Positions 32,199 to 32,894 of a stretch of 32,894 bases of DNA are shown one piece after another. The position numbers and the translations under genes were made by a program. The stretch lies in IMG/VR virus record IMGVR_UViG_3300031159_000040, positions 1-32,894 of that record. The stretch is one strand, 5' to 3'. The stretch comes from a virus. Taxonomy: Duplodnaviria; Caudoviricetes. The notes under the pieces are model-generated. The model did not search any database, was not told the origin of the DNA, and saw nothing but the letters and a program-made list of their open reading frames with translations. The first letter of the stretch is position 1; each line of letters starts with the position of its first letter.

Positions 32199-32580
32199 GT
32201 AAGACGTCGCACGCAGTCATCAAATGGGGCCCTCCCTGCACCCCGCGGCGACGGTCGGCTCACCATTTGAAAGACGCGGGAGCCTACGCGCCGAACGCAT
32301 CTTTAGCCGGGCGTCCTACGGCATCGCAATATGCTGCGCGCCGGTCCGGTCGGCGCACATAGAGGATTTGCACCCTCTTTACCACGTCGGATCGTTCCAG
32401 TCCGGCGCAGAAAAGAAGGGACAAAGCCCTTCATGGGGTCTCGAACCCCGCCCCATCTCCACACGCTCGGCGACTCGCGCCTAAGGCCCAGCCGATTTCG
32501 GCTCACCCACCGCATGGCCGGGTGCCGCAAACGATAAGGGGTACAGCGGCAATCACCCGAGCATTAAGCTCTATGTGATT
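32152..32580 (-). ncRNA. Long structured late-leader RNA candidate
   Basis: GC-rich non-coding stretch with many hairpins, two T-loop-like hairpins and two terminators. Confidence 0.45.
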
Positions 32581-32640
32581 CCACTGTACCCCTGTTTAAC
32601 TCGCATATTTGACGCGCGTTAGTCGCAATTTACTCGCATT
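32581..32640 (-). promoter_or_regulatory. Putative activator-dependent late promoter
   Basis: TGCGA-type repeats at 11-bp spacing (32601, 32612 degenerate, 32623, 32634) and TACAGT -10 directly after the activator gene. Confidence 0.6.
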
Positions 32641-32642
32641 TT

Positions 32643-32894
32643 TCAGCCTTCAAGAAGTTTGAGTGAGTTCGCGACCGACTCAATGCCTTCATTGAGCTTC
32701 CTGGCGACCGTAGCGGCGTGCATCGTGCTAAAGTAAAGCACCGTTACCTTATGGCGTTCGCCTTTGATGTACCGCATCTCGACGATCCGGCGCACCTCTT
32801 CGTCCAGGATCAGCCGGACGGCTCTTTCAACGCTTTGCGTGGCTTTCAGATAGGCATTGTACGCCACCTTCTGCTTTGGCGCAAGGTTATTTAT
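32643..32894 (-). CDS. ArpU/RinA-family late transcriptional activator, 3' part
   Basis: VERAVRLILDEEVRRIVEMRYIKG...TVARKLNEGIESVANSL sigma-region-4-like C-terminus; position before packaging genes. Confidence 0.75.
   Translation of the reverse strand: MNNLAPKQKVAYNAYLKATQSVERAVRLILDEEVRRIVEMRYIKGERHKVTVLYFSTMHAATVARKLNEGIESVANSLKLLEG

Larger units (their letters stand above)
389..32894 (-). mobile_element. Siphovirus-type prophage (late module, lysis and accessory island); continues beyond window
   Basis: Terminase-portal-capsid-tail-TMP-Dit-lysis gene series on minus strand. Confidence 0.97.

Noticed and set aside
32340-32520. tRNA genes suggested by T-loop-like hairpins
   Set aside because: No acceptor stem, D-arm and anticodon arm could be assembled into a cloverleaf
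32224-32537. Short ORFs in the late leader on both strands
   Set aside because: No RBS, Arg/Pro-rich low-information translations; region is better explained as structured RNA

Overview
Late-gene and accessory end of a Paenibacillaceae-like siphovirus prophage (~389 to beyond 32894), integrated inside a host cpaF/tadA (Tad pilus ATPase) gene whose 3' half and the start of the next tad gene lie at 1-388. The minus strand carries an ArpU/RinA-like activator, a long structured late leader, a small tyrosine recombinase, packaging/head/tail genes (with a -1 frameshift tail chaperone), a beta-helix tailspike and lysis genes. An oppositely oriented low-GC Wzy-like polysaccharide polymerase sits inside the tail module. 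The most interesting part is the accessory island at ~1400-6960. It has two pairs of duplicated operator-containing promoters with cognate-looking RHH and HTH regulators, and two type I hammerhead ribozymes (4645-4701, 6237-6319) whose pseudoknot partners appear swapped. These bracket a 1618-nt cassette carrying a tandem Csx16-like putative ring nuclease, an unknown 238-aa protein and an antisense, independently promoted solitary type I-C-like CRISPR repeat RNA (Racr candidate). All calls are from reading the sequence by eye; no searches were run.
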